Shown: piece by piece, positions 36,131-46,437 of the stretch
How the letters are laid out: each line of letters opens with the position of its first letter
How positions within the stretch are numbered: position 1 is the stretch's first letter
Source: Aequorivita sp. UBA3180
Lineage (GTDB): Bacteria; Bacteroidota; Bacteroidia; Flavobacteriales; Flavobacteriaceae
Direction: 5' to 3'
NCBI GenBank assembly: GCA_002364215.1
Contig: DEXQ01000018.1
Location: 183,287 to 247,286 of the forward strand
DNA length: 64,000 nt
The notes under the pieces: model-generated
What the model was told of the DNA's origin: nothing
Seen by the model: only the letters and a program-made list of their open reading frames with translations
Databases searched by the model: none
Position numbers and translations under genes: made by a program

Positions 36131-37405
36131 TTGTCTAATTTTGCTTCAGTTTTGAAAAAAATACTTCACATATTTACTCTCACTTTTTTGTTTTTTGCCA
36201 CAGCAACCAGTTTGGCCAAAACCATAACCGTTTGCAATACATGTGATGTAAAAACTATTCAGCAAGGCATAAACTTGGCTGCCGATGGCGATACCGTCTT
36301 GGTAAAAAAAGGGATTTATAAGGAGGTAAATATTATAGTTGATAAAAGTATTATCCTACTCGGCGAAAACCTGCCAACCATTGATGGAGAGGACAAAGGT
36401 GAAATCATTAAAATTGTAGCTGATAATGTTACGGTGGACGGTTTTAAGATTATAAACGTAGGCACCAGCTATACCTCAGATTATGCCGCTATTCGGGTAA
36501 TCAAAAAGAATGGATATCTCATCCAAAATCTTCAGCTCGAAAAACTTTTCTTCGGAATATATTTGGAAAGATCCAATAATGGCAAAGTATTGAACAATAC
36601 CATTAAGGGTGATGCCGTAAACGAATATAACTCCGGCAACGGTATCCAACTGTGGTACTGCAATGACGTTGAGGTACGTGGAAACAATGTCCAGAACGTT
36701 CGCGATGGCATTTATCTGGAATTTTCAGACAATATAAAAATAACTCGCAACCTTAGTAAAAACAACCTGCGTTATGGGCTACACTTTATGTTCAGCAACA
36801 ATGATATTTATGAGTACAATACTTTTGAGAACAATGGTGCCGGAGTAGCCGTGATGTTTTCAAAATTTATAGAAATGAACAGCAATATTTTCAAGGAAAA
36901 CTGGGGCACGGCAGCCTTCGGTCTTCTTTTGAAAGAAATAAACGATGCCACCATTTCTAACAATATCTTTAAGGAGAATACGGTAGGAATAAATATTGAG
37001 GGCAGTAACAGGGTAACCTATAAAAACAATGATTTCATTAGCAACGGTTGGGCCATAAAGGTTCGGGGTGCCTGTTATGCCAACGCTTTTACTGAAAATA
37101 ATTTTCTCTATAATTCCTTCGATATTTCATATAACAGTAATATGAACGATAATGAGTTTGACAATAACTATTGGAGCAATTACACAGGTTACGACCTTAA
37201 CCGAAACGGAATTGGCGATGTGCCTTATCGCCCAGTAAAACTCTTTACTTACATTGTAAACCGCACCCCCGAAACCATTATTTTAATGCGAAGTCTTTTT
37301 ATAGATATTATTGATTTTTCCGAAAAAGTTTCCCCTGTTTTCACACCAGATAATTTGGTGGACGAAAACCCAAAAATGAAGCCCATAGACCATGATAGAA
37401 GTTAA
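36131..37405 (+). CDS. nosD: NosD maturation protein (beta-helix)
   Basis: PbH1 repeats, RDGIYLEFS, RYGLHFMFS, NYWS.Y.GYDL...GIGD.PY. Start position uncertain. Confidence 0.93.
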   Translation: MSNFASVLKKILHIFTLTFLFFATATSLAKTITVCNTCDVKTIQQGINLAADGDTVLVKKGIYKEVNIIVDKSIILLGENLPTIDGEDKGEIIKIVADNVTVDGFKIINVGTSYTSDYAAIRVIKKNGYLIQNLQLEKLFFGIYLERSNNGKVLNNTIKGDAVNEYNSGNGIQLWYCNDVEVRGNNVQNVRDGIYLEFSDNIKITRNLSKNNLRYGLHFMFSNNDIYEYNTFENNGAGVAVMFSKFIEMNSNIFKENWGTAAFGLLLKEINDATISNNIFKENTVGINIEGSNRVTYKNNDFISNGWAIKVRGACYANAFTENNFLYNSFDISYNSNMNDNEFDNNYWSNYTGYDLNRNGIGDVPYRPVKLFTYIVNRTPETIILMRSLFIDIIDFSEKVSPVFTPDNLVDENPKMKPIDHDRS

Positions 37406-38102
37406 GGATTTATATAAAAAATTTGGGAAGAACGAAGTGCTCAAGGGCATTGATCTCAACATAGAGCGAGGTGGAATTTTCTCCGTTTTGGGGCCGAACG
37501 GCTCAGGAAAAACCACGCTCATTAAATGTATTCTGGGAATGGTTTTGCCCGATTCGGGAAATATTTCCATAAATGGTAAAGCGTTGAAAAACAATTACAA
37601 ATACCGAAATGAAATTGATTATCTGCCGCAAATAGCCAACTTTCCCGGAAACCTAAAGGTAAGCGAACTCATTGCCATGATCAAAGATTTGCGCGATTCA
37701 AAAGCCACCAAAGATCAGGAATTGATCGAGCTTTTTAAACTGCAGCCCTTTCTCAATAAAAAATTGGCTAACCTTTCAGGCGGTACTAAACAGAAAGTGA
37801 ATTTAGTACTCACCTTTATGTTTGACAGTCCTTTGATAATCCTCGATGAGCCTACGAGCGGCCTCGATCCAATTTCGCATTTGCGTTTAAAGAATTTAAT
37901 CTTTTCCGAAAGGGAAAAAGGCAAGACTATTTTGGTTACCTCGCACATCTTAAGTTTTGTGGAAGAAATTGCCGACGAGATTGTTTTTCTTTTGGAAGGA
38001 AAAATATATTTTAAAGGGAGTATTCCAGATTTGAAAGCAAAGACAGAACAACCCGATTTTGAACACGCCATAGCCTCCATTTTATCTTCAAGTTATGCTT
38101 AA
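37392..38102 (+). CDS. nosF: NosF ABC ATPase
   Basis: GPNGSGKTT, LSGGTKQ, LDEPTSG; located between nosD and nosY. Confidence 0.88.
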   Translation: MIEVKDLYKKFGKNEVLKGIDLNIERGGIFSVLGPNGSGKTTLIKCILGMVLPDSGNISINGKALKNNYKYRNEIDYLPQIANFPGNLKVSELIAMIKDLRDSKATKDQELIELFKLQPFLNKKLANLSGGTKQKVNLVLTFMFDSPLIILDEPTSGLDPISHLRLKNLIFSEREKGKTILVTSHILSFVEEIADEIVFLLEGKIYFKGSIPDLKAKTEQPDFEHAIASILSSSYA

Positions 38103-38877
38103 AATATTAAAATACAGTTTTTACGATTTAATGCGAAGCCGTTGGAGCTACGTCTATTTTCTGTTCTATTTATTGCTCGGCGTGGTGCTTCTATTTTTGA
38201 ACAACGACCTTTCAAAGGCTGTGATAACGCTGATGAACGTAATCATTATTTTGGTGCCGCTTATCGGGACTATTTTTGGGGTGATGTATTATTACAACTC
38301 CCGCGAGTTTACCGAACTGCTCTTGGCACAGCCCGTAAAGCGGAGCTCCATCTTTTTGGGGCAGTATTTTGGGGTTGCCACCTCACTGTCTATGAGTTTG
38401 GTAATTGGGCTGGGAATGCCCTTTGTTTTCTACGGAATTTTTAACAGTAACGCTATTTGGGATTTTTCATTATTGCTTGTAACCGGTGCGTTTTTGACCT
38501 TCATTTTTACGGCATTAGCTTTTGTAATAGCCCTTTCCAACGAAAACAAAATCAAGGGTTTCGGGTACGCCATCCTGCTTTGGCTGTTTATGGCCGTAAT
38601 TTATGACGGAATCTTTTTAATGTCACTATTATATTTTGAAGACTATCCATTAGATAATTTTTCGCTCATCGCCACCATGCTAAATCCAGTAGATTTATCG
38701 CGGGTTTTGATACTTTTAAAGCTGGATATTTCAGCACTTTTGGGTTATACCGGCGCCGTGTTTCAGAAATTCTTTGGAACCAACTTTGGGTTGTTGCTAT
38801 CGTCAGCAATGTTAATAGTTTGGGTAGTGGTACCTACTTTCTTTATTTGGCGAATTGCGAAACGGAAGGATTTTTAA
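38095..38877 (+). CDS. nosY: NosY ABC permease
   Basis: SREFTELLLAQPV.RS, NPVDLSR; multi-TM. Confidence 0.88.
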   Translation: MLKILKYSFYDLMRSRWSYVYFLFYLLLGVVLLFLNNDLSKAVITLMNVIIILVPLIGTIFGVMYYYNSREFTELLLAQPVKRSSIFLGQYFGVATSLSMSLVIGLGMPFVFYGIFNSNAIWDFSLLLVTGAFLTFIFTALAFVIALSNENKIKGFGYAILLWLFMAVIYDGIFLMSLLYFEDYPLDNFSLIATMLNPVDLSRVLILLKLDISALLGYTGAVFQKFFGTNFGLLLSSAMLIVWVVVPTFFIWRIAKRKDF

Positions 38878-38926
38878 AATAAGAATGACATTTCTTGTGT
38901 TTTAAAAAGACTAAAATGTATTTTTT

Positions 38927-38940
38927 ATGACTTTGGTCAT
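38927..38940 (+). promoter_or_regulatory. FNR-like box upstream of 600-aa gene
   Basis: ATGAC-TTTG-GTCAT; weak -7 element CACCTTTA at 38963 (22-bp gap). Confidence 0.72.
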
Positions 38941-38998
38941 ACTATAAAACTTTTTGAATCATCACCTTTACCGCATTTTCAATCCAAATTCTTTTTAA

Positions 38999-40801
38999 AT
39001 GCAAAGCACCAGTCCGCACACCTTCCACATCCCTGTTATGGGGATTTCATACACCATAGATAGTCCCATAAAAGTGGCATGTTTTGGCATAAACTCAGCA
39101 ATTTCGGTTATTGAGGACAATATTTTGGAAGTAATGCGGAAATACTACTACCAACAAAACAATGAGCCGTACATTGCCATAACCATAAAAGATGAAGATT
39201 ACCGGGCGCGGCGCATTACAGATTATCTAAACCTGATGCAGCGCATTGTTACTTCAAAAATGGATAAGATAAAAACTTCTACTTTCGAGGCAGGTTCAGA
39301 TTTGGTAAAATATTTTGAGATGCTACCCGATACAAGCATGCTAAAGGAAAAGTATCATGAATGGCTATTTACCTCCAATCCTGAAAAGAAGGGAATGTTG
39401 GAAAATTTTCTACGTAAACTCGTGGTTCCGGGTTCGGTGGAAGTAAATATAATGACCAAAGTTGACAAGGAAAATCTAGATAAAAACAAAGATATAATTG
39501 AAAACGGATCTGATGCTTTAACGGCGCTAAAAGGGTATGCTAAGAGCGAACTCACCAATTCGTCCCTTATTTTTTCTGCAGGAATGAATCCGCGGCTCTA
39601 TAATTATATGGAAAGCTTTTCAGACTTTGATGCATACCAATGGGGCTGTTTTCATAAAAAAGTAGTCATAAAGGTTAGCGATTACCGTTCGGCTTTGATC
39701 CAGGGAAAATATCTGGCAAAAAAAGGAATCTGGGTGAGTGAGTTTCGTATTGAGTCCGGACTTAATTGTGGCGGACACGTTTTTGCTACCCAAGGCTTGC
39801 TTATGGGACCAATACTTCAGGAATTTAAGGAGAATAAGCAGGAATTGCAGGACAGTCTTTTTGAACTTTACAATCCCGCTATTATCGCCAAAGGAAAGGT
39901 TGGTTTTTCACAGCCGCATCCCATAAAAATCACGGTTCAGGGTGGTATTGGAACAAATGAAGAAGATAACTTATTACGAGATTTTTACAAAGTGGACGGC
40001 ACGGGTTGGGGCACACCATTTTTGCTATGCCCAGAAGCAACCACCGTTGATGAAAGCACACTTAAGCTGCTCTGCCAATCAAAAAAAAAAGATGTGGTTC
40101 GCAGCAAGGCATCACCTTTGGGAGTACAGTTTAATTATTTAAAAGGAACCACTGCTGAAAAGGAACGACTTGACCGGATAGCAAAAAATAAGCCCGGTAG
40201 TCCGTGTACTGAAAAGCTATTGGTCTCAAATACCGAATTTACCAAAGAGCCAATTTGCACCGCTTCAAGCAAGTATCAAAAGTTGAAACTGGAACAATTG
40301 GGAACTCTTAATCTTTCCAAAGAGGAGCTGAAGCGCCAACGGGAAGATGTTTTGGCGAAGGAATGTCTTTGTATCGGCTTGAGTAATTCGGCTGCCATAA
40401 ATTATGATGTTCCATTTCTTAAAAAATTAACTGCGGTAACCATTTGTCCGGGGCCGAATATTGTGAATTTTTCAAAAGTTACAGGCTTACGTGAAATGAC
40501 AGACCATATTTACGGTCGTAAAAACGTAATGCAACAACCCCATAGACCAATGATGTTTATTGCCGAATTGAGGCTGTACATTGATTATCTGAAAAAAGAG
40601 ATAAAGAGTACCTTCTCGCCAACTGCCCGCGATTTTAAAGGATGGGAAAAATTTAGTGCGAATCTTCTCGATGGCATCGCGCATTACTATGATTTGGCCA
40701 CTACTTATACCTTGAACAATACCGAACAATTTGAGCATGATTTAAAGGAAGCCCAAAACGAAATTTTAAAAATTCAGGAATCGCAGTTGCAGTTGGGGTA
40801 G
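38999..40801 (+). CDS. Uncharacterised protein, probable NMO/FabK/FabX-like FMN TIM-barrel oxidoreductase with Cys cluster
   Basis: HIPVMG, IESGLNCGGH, VQGGIG, GTGWGTPFLLCPEA, SPLGVQF, and Cys in SPCTEK, PICTAS, ECLCIGL. Confidence 0.5.
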   Translation: MQSTSPHTFHIPVMGISYTIDSPIKVACFGINSAISVIEDNILEVMRKYYYQQNNEPYIAITIKDEDYRARRITDYLNLMQRIVTSKMDKIKTSTFEAGSDLVKYFEMLPDTSMLKEKYHEWLFTSNPEKKGMLENFLRKLVVPGSVEVNIMTKVDKENLDKNKDIIENGSDALTALKGYAKSELTNSSLIFSAGMNPRLYNYMESFSDFDAYQWGCFHKKVVIKVSDYRSALIQGKYLAKKGIWVSEFRIESGLNCGGHVFATQGLLMGPILQEFKENKQELQDSLFELYNPAIIAKGKVGFSQPHPIKITVQGGIGTNEEDNLLRDFYKVDGTGWGTPFLLCPEATTVDESTLKLLCQSKKKDVVRSKASPLGVQFNYLKGTTAEKERLDRIAKNKPGSPCTEKLLVSNTEFTKEPICTASSKYQKLKLEQLGTLNLSKEELKRQREDVLAKECLCIGLSNSAAINYDVPFLKKLTAVTICPGPNIVNFSKVTGLREMTDHIYGRKNVMQQPHRPMMFIAELRLYIDYLKKEIKSTFSPTARDFKGWEKFSANLLDGIAHYYDLATTYTLNNTEQFEHDLKEAQNEILKIQESQLQLG

Positions 40802-41100
40802 AGGTAATGGGTATTTTCATTTAGATATATTTTAGCCGTTATGTCGAGTGAATTTAAGGTCTTGCGATTTATTCTATACTTGAATAAATTGTGAGAATAA
40901 GTTCAGTATCCCTACATAAGCCTTTGCCCGTCAATAATGTCTTCACACGGAAATAGAAATAGTTTCCGAATATCTTTCTCCGCCTTTAGAATTCTTACAA
41001 ACATTCTAAATTTTAAATCCGTTATGAAGTAATAAAGCTGAAATCTTGCATTTTTCCATCGTACCTATTCTTAAAAAATTCGAAAATAACTTTTCTAAAT

Positions 41101-41114
41101 ATGATAATGGTCAT
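41101..41114 (+). promoter_or_regulatory. FNR-like box for the nor operon
   Basis: ATGAT-AATG-GTCAT; TTATTTTG at 41137 (22-bp gap). Confidence 0.78.
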
Positions 41115-41148
41115 AAATCATTTTTTGTGAATGTTTTTATTTTGCTAT

Positions 41149-41166
41149 TAAGATATATATGTCTTA
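41149..41166. promoter_or_regulatory. Putative Rrf2/NsrR-like operator upstream of norC
   Basis: TAAGATATATATGTCTTA near-perfect palindrome just downstream of the -7 element; matches sites at 56771 and 58147. Confidence 0.68.
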
Positions 41167-41192
41167 AATAAACAATTTAAAACCTGACCAAT

Positions 41193-41639
41193 ATGTTAAG
41201 CAAACAACAAGCACGGGCATTTTTCCTTGGCGGAACGCTCGTAACATTCCTGATTTTTATTGGCCTTACCATTTATTCATTTAGCGATGGCAACGACCAA
41301 ACCAACTATGAAAACATTACCGAACAAGTAGTGCGCGGCAAGGTTATCTGGGAAGAGAACAACTGTATGGGCTGCCACACCATTCTTGGGGAAGGTGCCT
41401 ATTATGCACCCGAACTTACCAAGGTAATTGAACGCCGTGGCGAAGGCTACGTAAAAGCAGTGCTTATGACTCCAGTGCCTTGGGCACCAAACGATCGCAA
41501 AATGGTAGCCTACGGTTTTTCCGAAGAAGAAGCTATGGATGTCATCGCCTTTTTTAATTGGATTGGGGAGATAGACCTAAATGGCTTTGACCGTATTGTG
41601 TCGCCGTTGGCAAAAGACAAGCAACTAACCAATAACTAA
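41193..41639 (+). CDS. norC: Nitric oxide reductase cytochrome c subunit
   Basis: N-terminal TM, GKVIWEENNCMGCHTILGEGAYYAPELT. Confidence 0.93.
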   Translation: MLSKQQARAFFLGGTLVTFLIFIGLTIYSFSDGNDQTNYENITEQVVRGKVIWEENNCMGCHTILGEGAYYAPELTKVIERRGEGYVKAVLMTPVPWAPNDRKMVAYGFSEEEAMDVIAFFNWIGEIDLNGFDRIVSPLAKDKQLTNN

Positions 41640-41661
41640 CCAAAAATAAAATTTTATACTG

Positions 41662-43011
41662 ATGAAATATAAATCTCAAAAAGTAGCGTACTGGTTTTTT
41701 GCACTCTCTATGCTTTTACTGGTACTTCAAATAACCTATGGCTTTATTATGGGTTTCGCCCGAATCGGAATGGATGGCTTGCACGAATTTATTCCTTTTA
41801 ACACAGCGCGTGCTGTTCATACCAACCTGCTTGTAGTTTGGTTGCTCTCCGGATTTATGGGAGCTGCCTATTACATTATCCCCGAAGAGGCCCAACGCGA
41901 GCTCGTTAGCGTAAAGTTGGCGTATGTGCAGCTTATTTCACTTGCAGCCGTGGGTGTTGCAGCAATTGTAGGCTATCACTTTAACTGGTGGGAAGGCCGT
42001 AAGTTTTTGGAAATTCCACGCCAGCTCGACTATTTGGTAGTTTTAAATGTATTATTGTTTTTGGCATTAATACTCTTGACGCTCTTCAAAGGAAAACGAA
42101 AAACCACAACGGCACTTGTGCTTACTATGGGGCTTTTGTTTGCTGCTTTGTTATACATTCCCGGAATGTTACCGTTTGACAGCCAGGTAACCGACAGCTT
42201 TTTCCGCTGGTGGGTTGTTCACCTTTGGGTTGAGGGCGTTTGGGAGCTTATCATGGGCGGTATCCTTGCCTTCCTATTAATAAAGTTAACAGGTGTTGAC
42301 CGTGAGGTTATCGAAAAATGGCTTTACGTAATCGTGGGTCTCACATTCCTTTCCGGAGTACTGGGTACCGGGCACCACTACTATTATATTGGTGTGAATA
42401 AAATCTGGCTTATCGTTGGTGGAATTTTCTCAGCTCTGGAGCCATTGGCTTTTCTTGCAATGGCACTTTTCGCAGTAAATATGTACCGCAAGGGTGAAAA
42501 GAAACACCCCAACAAAATAGCTTTGTTTTGGACGCTGGGCGCTGCAATTGTATCCTTCGTGGGTGCGGGACTTTTAGGATTTGCACACACTCTGCCACAA
42601 ACAAACCTTTATACCCACGGAACCTTGGTAACCGCGATGCACGGCCACTTAGCGTTTTGGGGTGCTTACGCCATGATTGTTTTGGCAATTATAAGCTACA
42701 GCCTTCCAAATATGACGGGACGTAAATTTTATGATGGCGTGCGTGGCCGCGTGGCATTTTGGACAGCCAATATAGGGATGATCGGGATGACGATGGCCTT
42801 TGGAGTAGCTGGGGTGGCACAGGTTTATTTGGAACGGAAATTTGGGATGGAATTTATGGCGGTTCAAAAAGAAATTAGCATCCACTTTGTAGTGTTGATT
42901 ATCTGCGCCAGTCTATTCGCCGTAGGTATTTTAACCTATATCTATGATTTTTATAAGCACGGTCGCCCAACAGATGAAGCTTTGGAAACCGTGGAAAGTA
43001 CATACCTATAA
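41662..43011 (+). CDS. norB: Nitric oxide reductase large subunit (cNOR)
   Basis: RAVHTN, WWVVHLWVEGVWE, GTGHHYY, ALEP, AMHGHLAFWG. All six His and the conserved Glu are present. Confidence 0.96.
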   Translation: MKYKSQKVAYWFFALSMLLLVLQITYGFIMGFARIGMDGLHEFIPFNTARAVHTNLLVVWLLSGFMGAAYYIIPEEAQRELVSVKLAYVQLISLAAVGVAAIVGYHFNWWEGRKFLEIPRQLDYLVVLNVLLFLALILLTLFKGKRKTTTALVLTMGLLFAALLYIPGMLPFDSQVTDSFFRWWVVHLWVEGVWELIMGGILAFLLIKLTGVDREVIEKWLYVIVGLTFLSGVLGTGHHYYYIGVNKIWLIVGGIFSALEPLAFLAMALFAVNMYRKGEKKHPNKIALFWTLGAAIVSFVGAGLLGFAHTLPQTNLYTHGTLVTAMHGHLAFWGAYAMIVLAIISYSLPNMTGRKFYDGVRGRVAFWTANIGMIGMTMAFGVAGVAQVYLERKFGMEFMAVQKEISIHFVVLIICASLFAVGILTYIYDFYKHGRPTDEALETVESTYL

Positions 43012-43133
43012 TAAATTAAAGGCCTGAAATGGGTTACGCTCTTATACCTGAAAACCTGGGAATTAATTCATATAAAACAGTTTTAAGTCATTCCCAACCA
43101 GAACCAAGTTTCGGGCCTTTTTAATAAATTGTT

Positions 43134-43230
43134 TGTCTGGTCGAGCCCTTCGGCAGACTCAGGATAAACTAAAGTCGTGATCTAATTAGCAGTAGGAAAC
43201 TTAGCGTTTTCGACTGCACTCGAACTGACA
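43134..43230. repeat. REP/REPIN-like palindromic intergenic element
   Basis: Outer arms tgtctggtcgag / ctcgaactgaca (10/12 complementary) with an internal cccttcggcagactcagg unit. Confidence 0.55.
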
Positions 43231-43247
43231 TTTAAAAATTTAGCATT

Positions 43248-44069
43248 ATGTCCACTACAGATACTATCAATATAAAACCATTAACAGAGCTTTCTTCGGA
43301 AACACCTTTTTATAAACCCATTTCGCGGGAGGTGGAAGTTTTTCAGCACGCGTTCAAAAATAAATTGCCTATTTTGCTGAAAGGCCCCACGGGAACTGGA
43401 AAAACTAGGTTTGTAGATTTTATGGCGCATCAGTTAGAGCAACCGCTCATCACCGTTTCCTGCCATGAGGAAACCTCTTCCACAGATCTTATTGGGCGCT
43501 ACATCATCAAGGGTGCCGAGACCATTTGGGTGGACGGGCCGTTGACGAAAGCCGTAAAAGAGGGCGCCATTCTTTATTTGGATGAAATTGCCGAAGCCCG
43601 TCCGGACGTTGTGGTTGCGATACATTCCTTGACGGATCACAGAAAGGAACTTTATATTGACAAATTAGGCATTACCGTAAAGGCACATCCCGATTTTATG
43701 CTCGTGGCGTCTTTCAATCCGGGTTACCAAAAAGGTTTTAAGGAATTAAAACCATCTACCCGCCAGCGTTTTGTGGCGCTTTCGTTTCAATATCCGACCT
43801 CAAAAGACGAAACCGAAATCGTTGCAACTGAAACTGGCTTGGACAAAGACACTTCAAAAAAACTGGTGAACATCGCCAATAAAATCCGCAATCTCACCGA
43901 GTTGGGGCTTACTGAAACCGTTTCCACCCGTTTGTTGGTGGACGCGGCAATGCTTATAAACAGTGGCCTTCCGAAGCGGCTTTCGGTAAAAGTAGCCATA
44001 GTGGAACCGTTGACCGACGACGCGGAAATTACCCAAGCACTCACCGACCTCTGCGATTTGATGATTTAA
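43248..44069 (+). CDS. norQ: NorQ (CbbQ/NirQ/NorQ) AAA+ ATPase
   Basis: KGPTGTGKTRFV, YLDEIAEAR, KPSTRQRF, VSTRLLV. Confidence 0.93.
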   Translation: MSTTDTINIKPLTELSSETPFYKPISREVEVFQHAFKNKLPILLKGPTGTGKTRFVDFMAHQLEQPLITVSCHEETSSTDLIGRYIIKGAETIWVDGPLTKAVKEGAILYLDEIAEARPDVVVAIHSLTDHRKELYIDKLGITVKAHPDFMLVASFNPGYQKGFKELKPSTRQRFVALSFQYPTSKDETEIVATETGLDKDTSKKLVNIANKIRNLTELGLTETVSTRLLVDAAMLINSGLPKRLSVKVAIVEPLTDDAEITQALTDLCDLMI

Positions 44070-44079
44070 GCCAAAAGCC

Positions 44080-45849
44080 ATGTTTGAACCCGATGAGTTT
44101 ATCTTTGCCAAGGTTGCAAAATTCCTAAAACACCGAAAAAAAAGTGCGAGGGAAGCCATTGCGCACACCGTAAAGCTTAGTGAAATAAAGTCTCGGCTTA
44201 CTTTGGTGGCCCGCGCCGTAACCGGCCATCCCATCGAAATTTTTGAGGCAGAGCAGGAGGGCGGTTATAAGAACAACGCCTTCTTTTTACCCGAACGGTT
44301 TTCGGGTTCTGATACTTCAGAAAAAAATCTGGCTTTTTATATTTTTAGGACGCTTTATCTTTCAATTCAAAAAAGTTTTCAGCTTAATTATGAATTGGGC
44401 GAAGAACATACGTTGGAAGCGGCCCGGCAAATTTCACAAGAAAATTCTGAAAAAGTCTTAAAGGAGATTTTCAGCCAATTCCCGGGAACTGAAACCATTT
44501 ATACCGAACTGAAATTGCTTTTTGAAGAAAATACTTCGGAAAAAAATCCGCCCGACTATTACTTCATCTATGGGAAATGGATGGAAAATTCTCCAGAAAC
44601 TCCGAAGAAAAAAGTGCTTCAGAATATTTCAGAAAAAGTAAAATCTGCTATCGGAGAAGAGATAAATACTATTTTGAAGGCTAATGCGGTGGAGGAGATT
44701 AAATCCATTGAAGTTGACAAAAAAGCGCAAGAAGATTACGTGCTCACCCACAATTTTGAAAAGGCCGAAACCGCGGAAGAGTGGGAGGGCGGCTGGCGCG
44801 ATTTTGATGGCGATGACGAGCTGAACGACCACGCCAACGCGCTCGAAGATTTAAATATGAAACAGACCGTGCGGGTGGACGACCCCACGCATTCCATATA
44901 TCAGGCGGAGTTTATTGAAAATACCACAATTTCAGAAAGCGCTGAAATTGAAAATGCCAACTACAACATTTTGTATGACGAATGGGACTATTCCAAACGT
45001 GTTTACAAACCAGATTTTTGCAAAGTTTATCCGCAAACACAGACTGAAACCGATTCTGATTATTATAGAAATACCCTACGGGAACACGCTTCGACTTTGA
45101 TGGGGCTTCGGAAAATGCTCACTTCGGTAAATAATAAATACCAGCAGCAACGCAGGCAGCTGCAGGGCGAAGAATTTGACCTCGATGCACTCACGGATTT
45201 ATATGTGGACGTTCATTCGGGCCACACGCCTTCGGAAAATATTTACCTATCAAAACGCAAAAAGGAAAAAGACCTTTCCATTTTGATGCTTTTAGACAGC
45301 AGCCTTTCCAGCGATGGCTATGCCGCGGACAATCGGGTAATTGATGTGGAAAAGCAGGTTTCCATCATTTTTGGAGAAATTTTGGAGGAATTCAACGTAG
45401 ATTTTTCTATTGCTGGTTTCTATTCCAAAACCCGCAACCACAGTTCCTATTTAACTTTAAAGGATTTTGACGAACCGTGGCAAAAGGCAAAACACAAAGT
45501 GGGAGCATTGCAGCCAAGTGGCTATACACGCATTGGTACGGCGTTGCGGCATTCCGGAGCTTTGCTGGACAAGCGCGACACCAAAAACAAATGGGTTATC
45601 CTGATTTCTGATGGAAAACCTAATGATTACGACAAGTACGAAGGCAAATACGGCATCAACGATGTGAAGCAGGCGCTTCGCGAGCTGAACCAGCGGAATA
45701 TCAATTCGTATGCATTGGCAATCGAAGCACAGGCAAAATATTACTTGCCGCAGATGTTTGGGCAGAACCATTTCCAGATTTTGACTACGCCCGTTGAATT
45801 GCTGCAATCGCTTGTAAAACTCTACGACAAAATAAAGCACCAAAGCTAA
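44080..45849 (+). CDS. norD: NorD von Willebrand factor A activation protein
   Basis: Y.EWDYS, GEEFDLDA, LLDSSLS (MIDAS), YTRIGTALRH, ISDGKPND.D.YEG.YG..D. Confidence 0.92.
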   Translation: MFEPDEFIFAKVAKFLKHRKKSAREAIAHTVKLSEIKSRLTLVARAVTGHPIEIFEAEQEGGYKNNAFFLPERFSGSDTSEKNLAFYIFRTLYLSIQKSFQLNYELGEEHTLEAARQISQENSEKVLKEIFSQFPGTETIYTELKLLFEENTSEKNPPDYYFIYGKWMENSPETPKKKVLQNISEKVKSAIGEEINTILKANAVEEIKSIEVDKKAQEDYVLTHNFEKAETAEEWEGGWRDFDGDDELNDHANALEDLNMKQTVRVDDPTHSIYQAEFIENTTISESAEIENANYNILYDEWDYSKRVYKPDFCKVYPQTQTETDSDYYRNTLREHASTLMGLRKMLTSVNNKYQQQRRQLQGEEFDLDALTDLYVDVHSGHTPSENIYLSKRKKEKDLSILMLLDSSLSSDGYAADNRVIDVEKQVSIIFGEILEEFNVDFSIAGFYSKTRNHSSYLTLKDFDEPWQKAKHKVGALQPSGYTRIGTALRHSGALLDKRDTKNKWVILISDGKPNDYDKYEGKYGINDVKQALRELNQRNINSYALAIEAQAKYYLPQMFGQNHFQILTTPVELLQSLVKLYDKIKHQS

Positions 45850-45850
45850 A

Positions 45851-46435
45851 ATGGAAAGTACGGCCAAAATAGATTACAAAAATATTTTTTACCCACCGGG
45901 AGGAATCCTGATATGGATTATTATTTATTTGGAATTGGTAACCTTCGGGATTGCCTTGGTTTTTATGGCGCTGAACGCAAGGGCAGAGCCCGAACTTTTT
46001 CACGAATCCCGCCTGTTGCTAAACACGGCTTATGGCGCCATAAACACCGTTTTTCTGCTCAGCAGCGGTTGGTGCATGGCGCAGTCGGTGCATTTTCTGA
46101 AATTGGGAAATTTTGGCAAAAGCAAGTTGTTTCTTCGGTTGACCATTCTCGGCGGAATGCTGTTTTTGGTTCTGAAAGCCGTGGAATACGTCGATAAGAT
46201 TGAAGCAGGATTGACGGTGGGTTACAATGCATTTTTTGAATATTATTGGATGCTCACCCTTTTTCACGTAATACACGTGGTGGTGGGGGTTATTATTTTG
46301 CTGGTTTTGGGAAGAACCCTCAGCAAAAAACCCGAAACTCTCAAAATTGCTGATTACGAATCGGGCGCAGCCTTTTGGCATATGTGCGATTTGATTTGGC
46401 TGTTGCTCTTCCCCATAATCTATTTACTTTTTTAA
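45851..46435 (+). CDS. Cytochrome c oxidase subunit III-like protein (NorE-like)
   Basis: NT.FLLSS, KAVEY..K, YWMLTLFHVIHV, FWHMCDLIW..LFP..Y. Confidence 0.85.
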   Translation: MESTAKIDYKNIFYPPGGILIWIIIYLELVTFGIALVFMALNARAEPELFHESRLLLNTAYGAINTVFLLSSGWCMAQSVHFLKLGNFGKSKLFLRLTILGGMLFLVLKAVEYVDKIEAGLTVGYNAFFEYYWMLTLFHVIHVVVGVIILLVLGRTLSKKPETLKIADYESGAAFWHMCDLIWLLLFPIIYLLF

Positions 46436-46437
46436 AA

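Noticed and set aside
40802-41100. About 300 bp of intergenic sequence checked for a gene remnant or ncRNA
   Set aside because: Only short minus-strand frames with no recognisable motif, and no convincing RNA structure.
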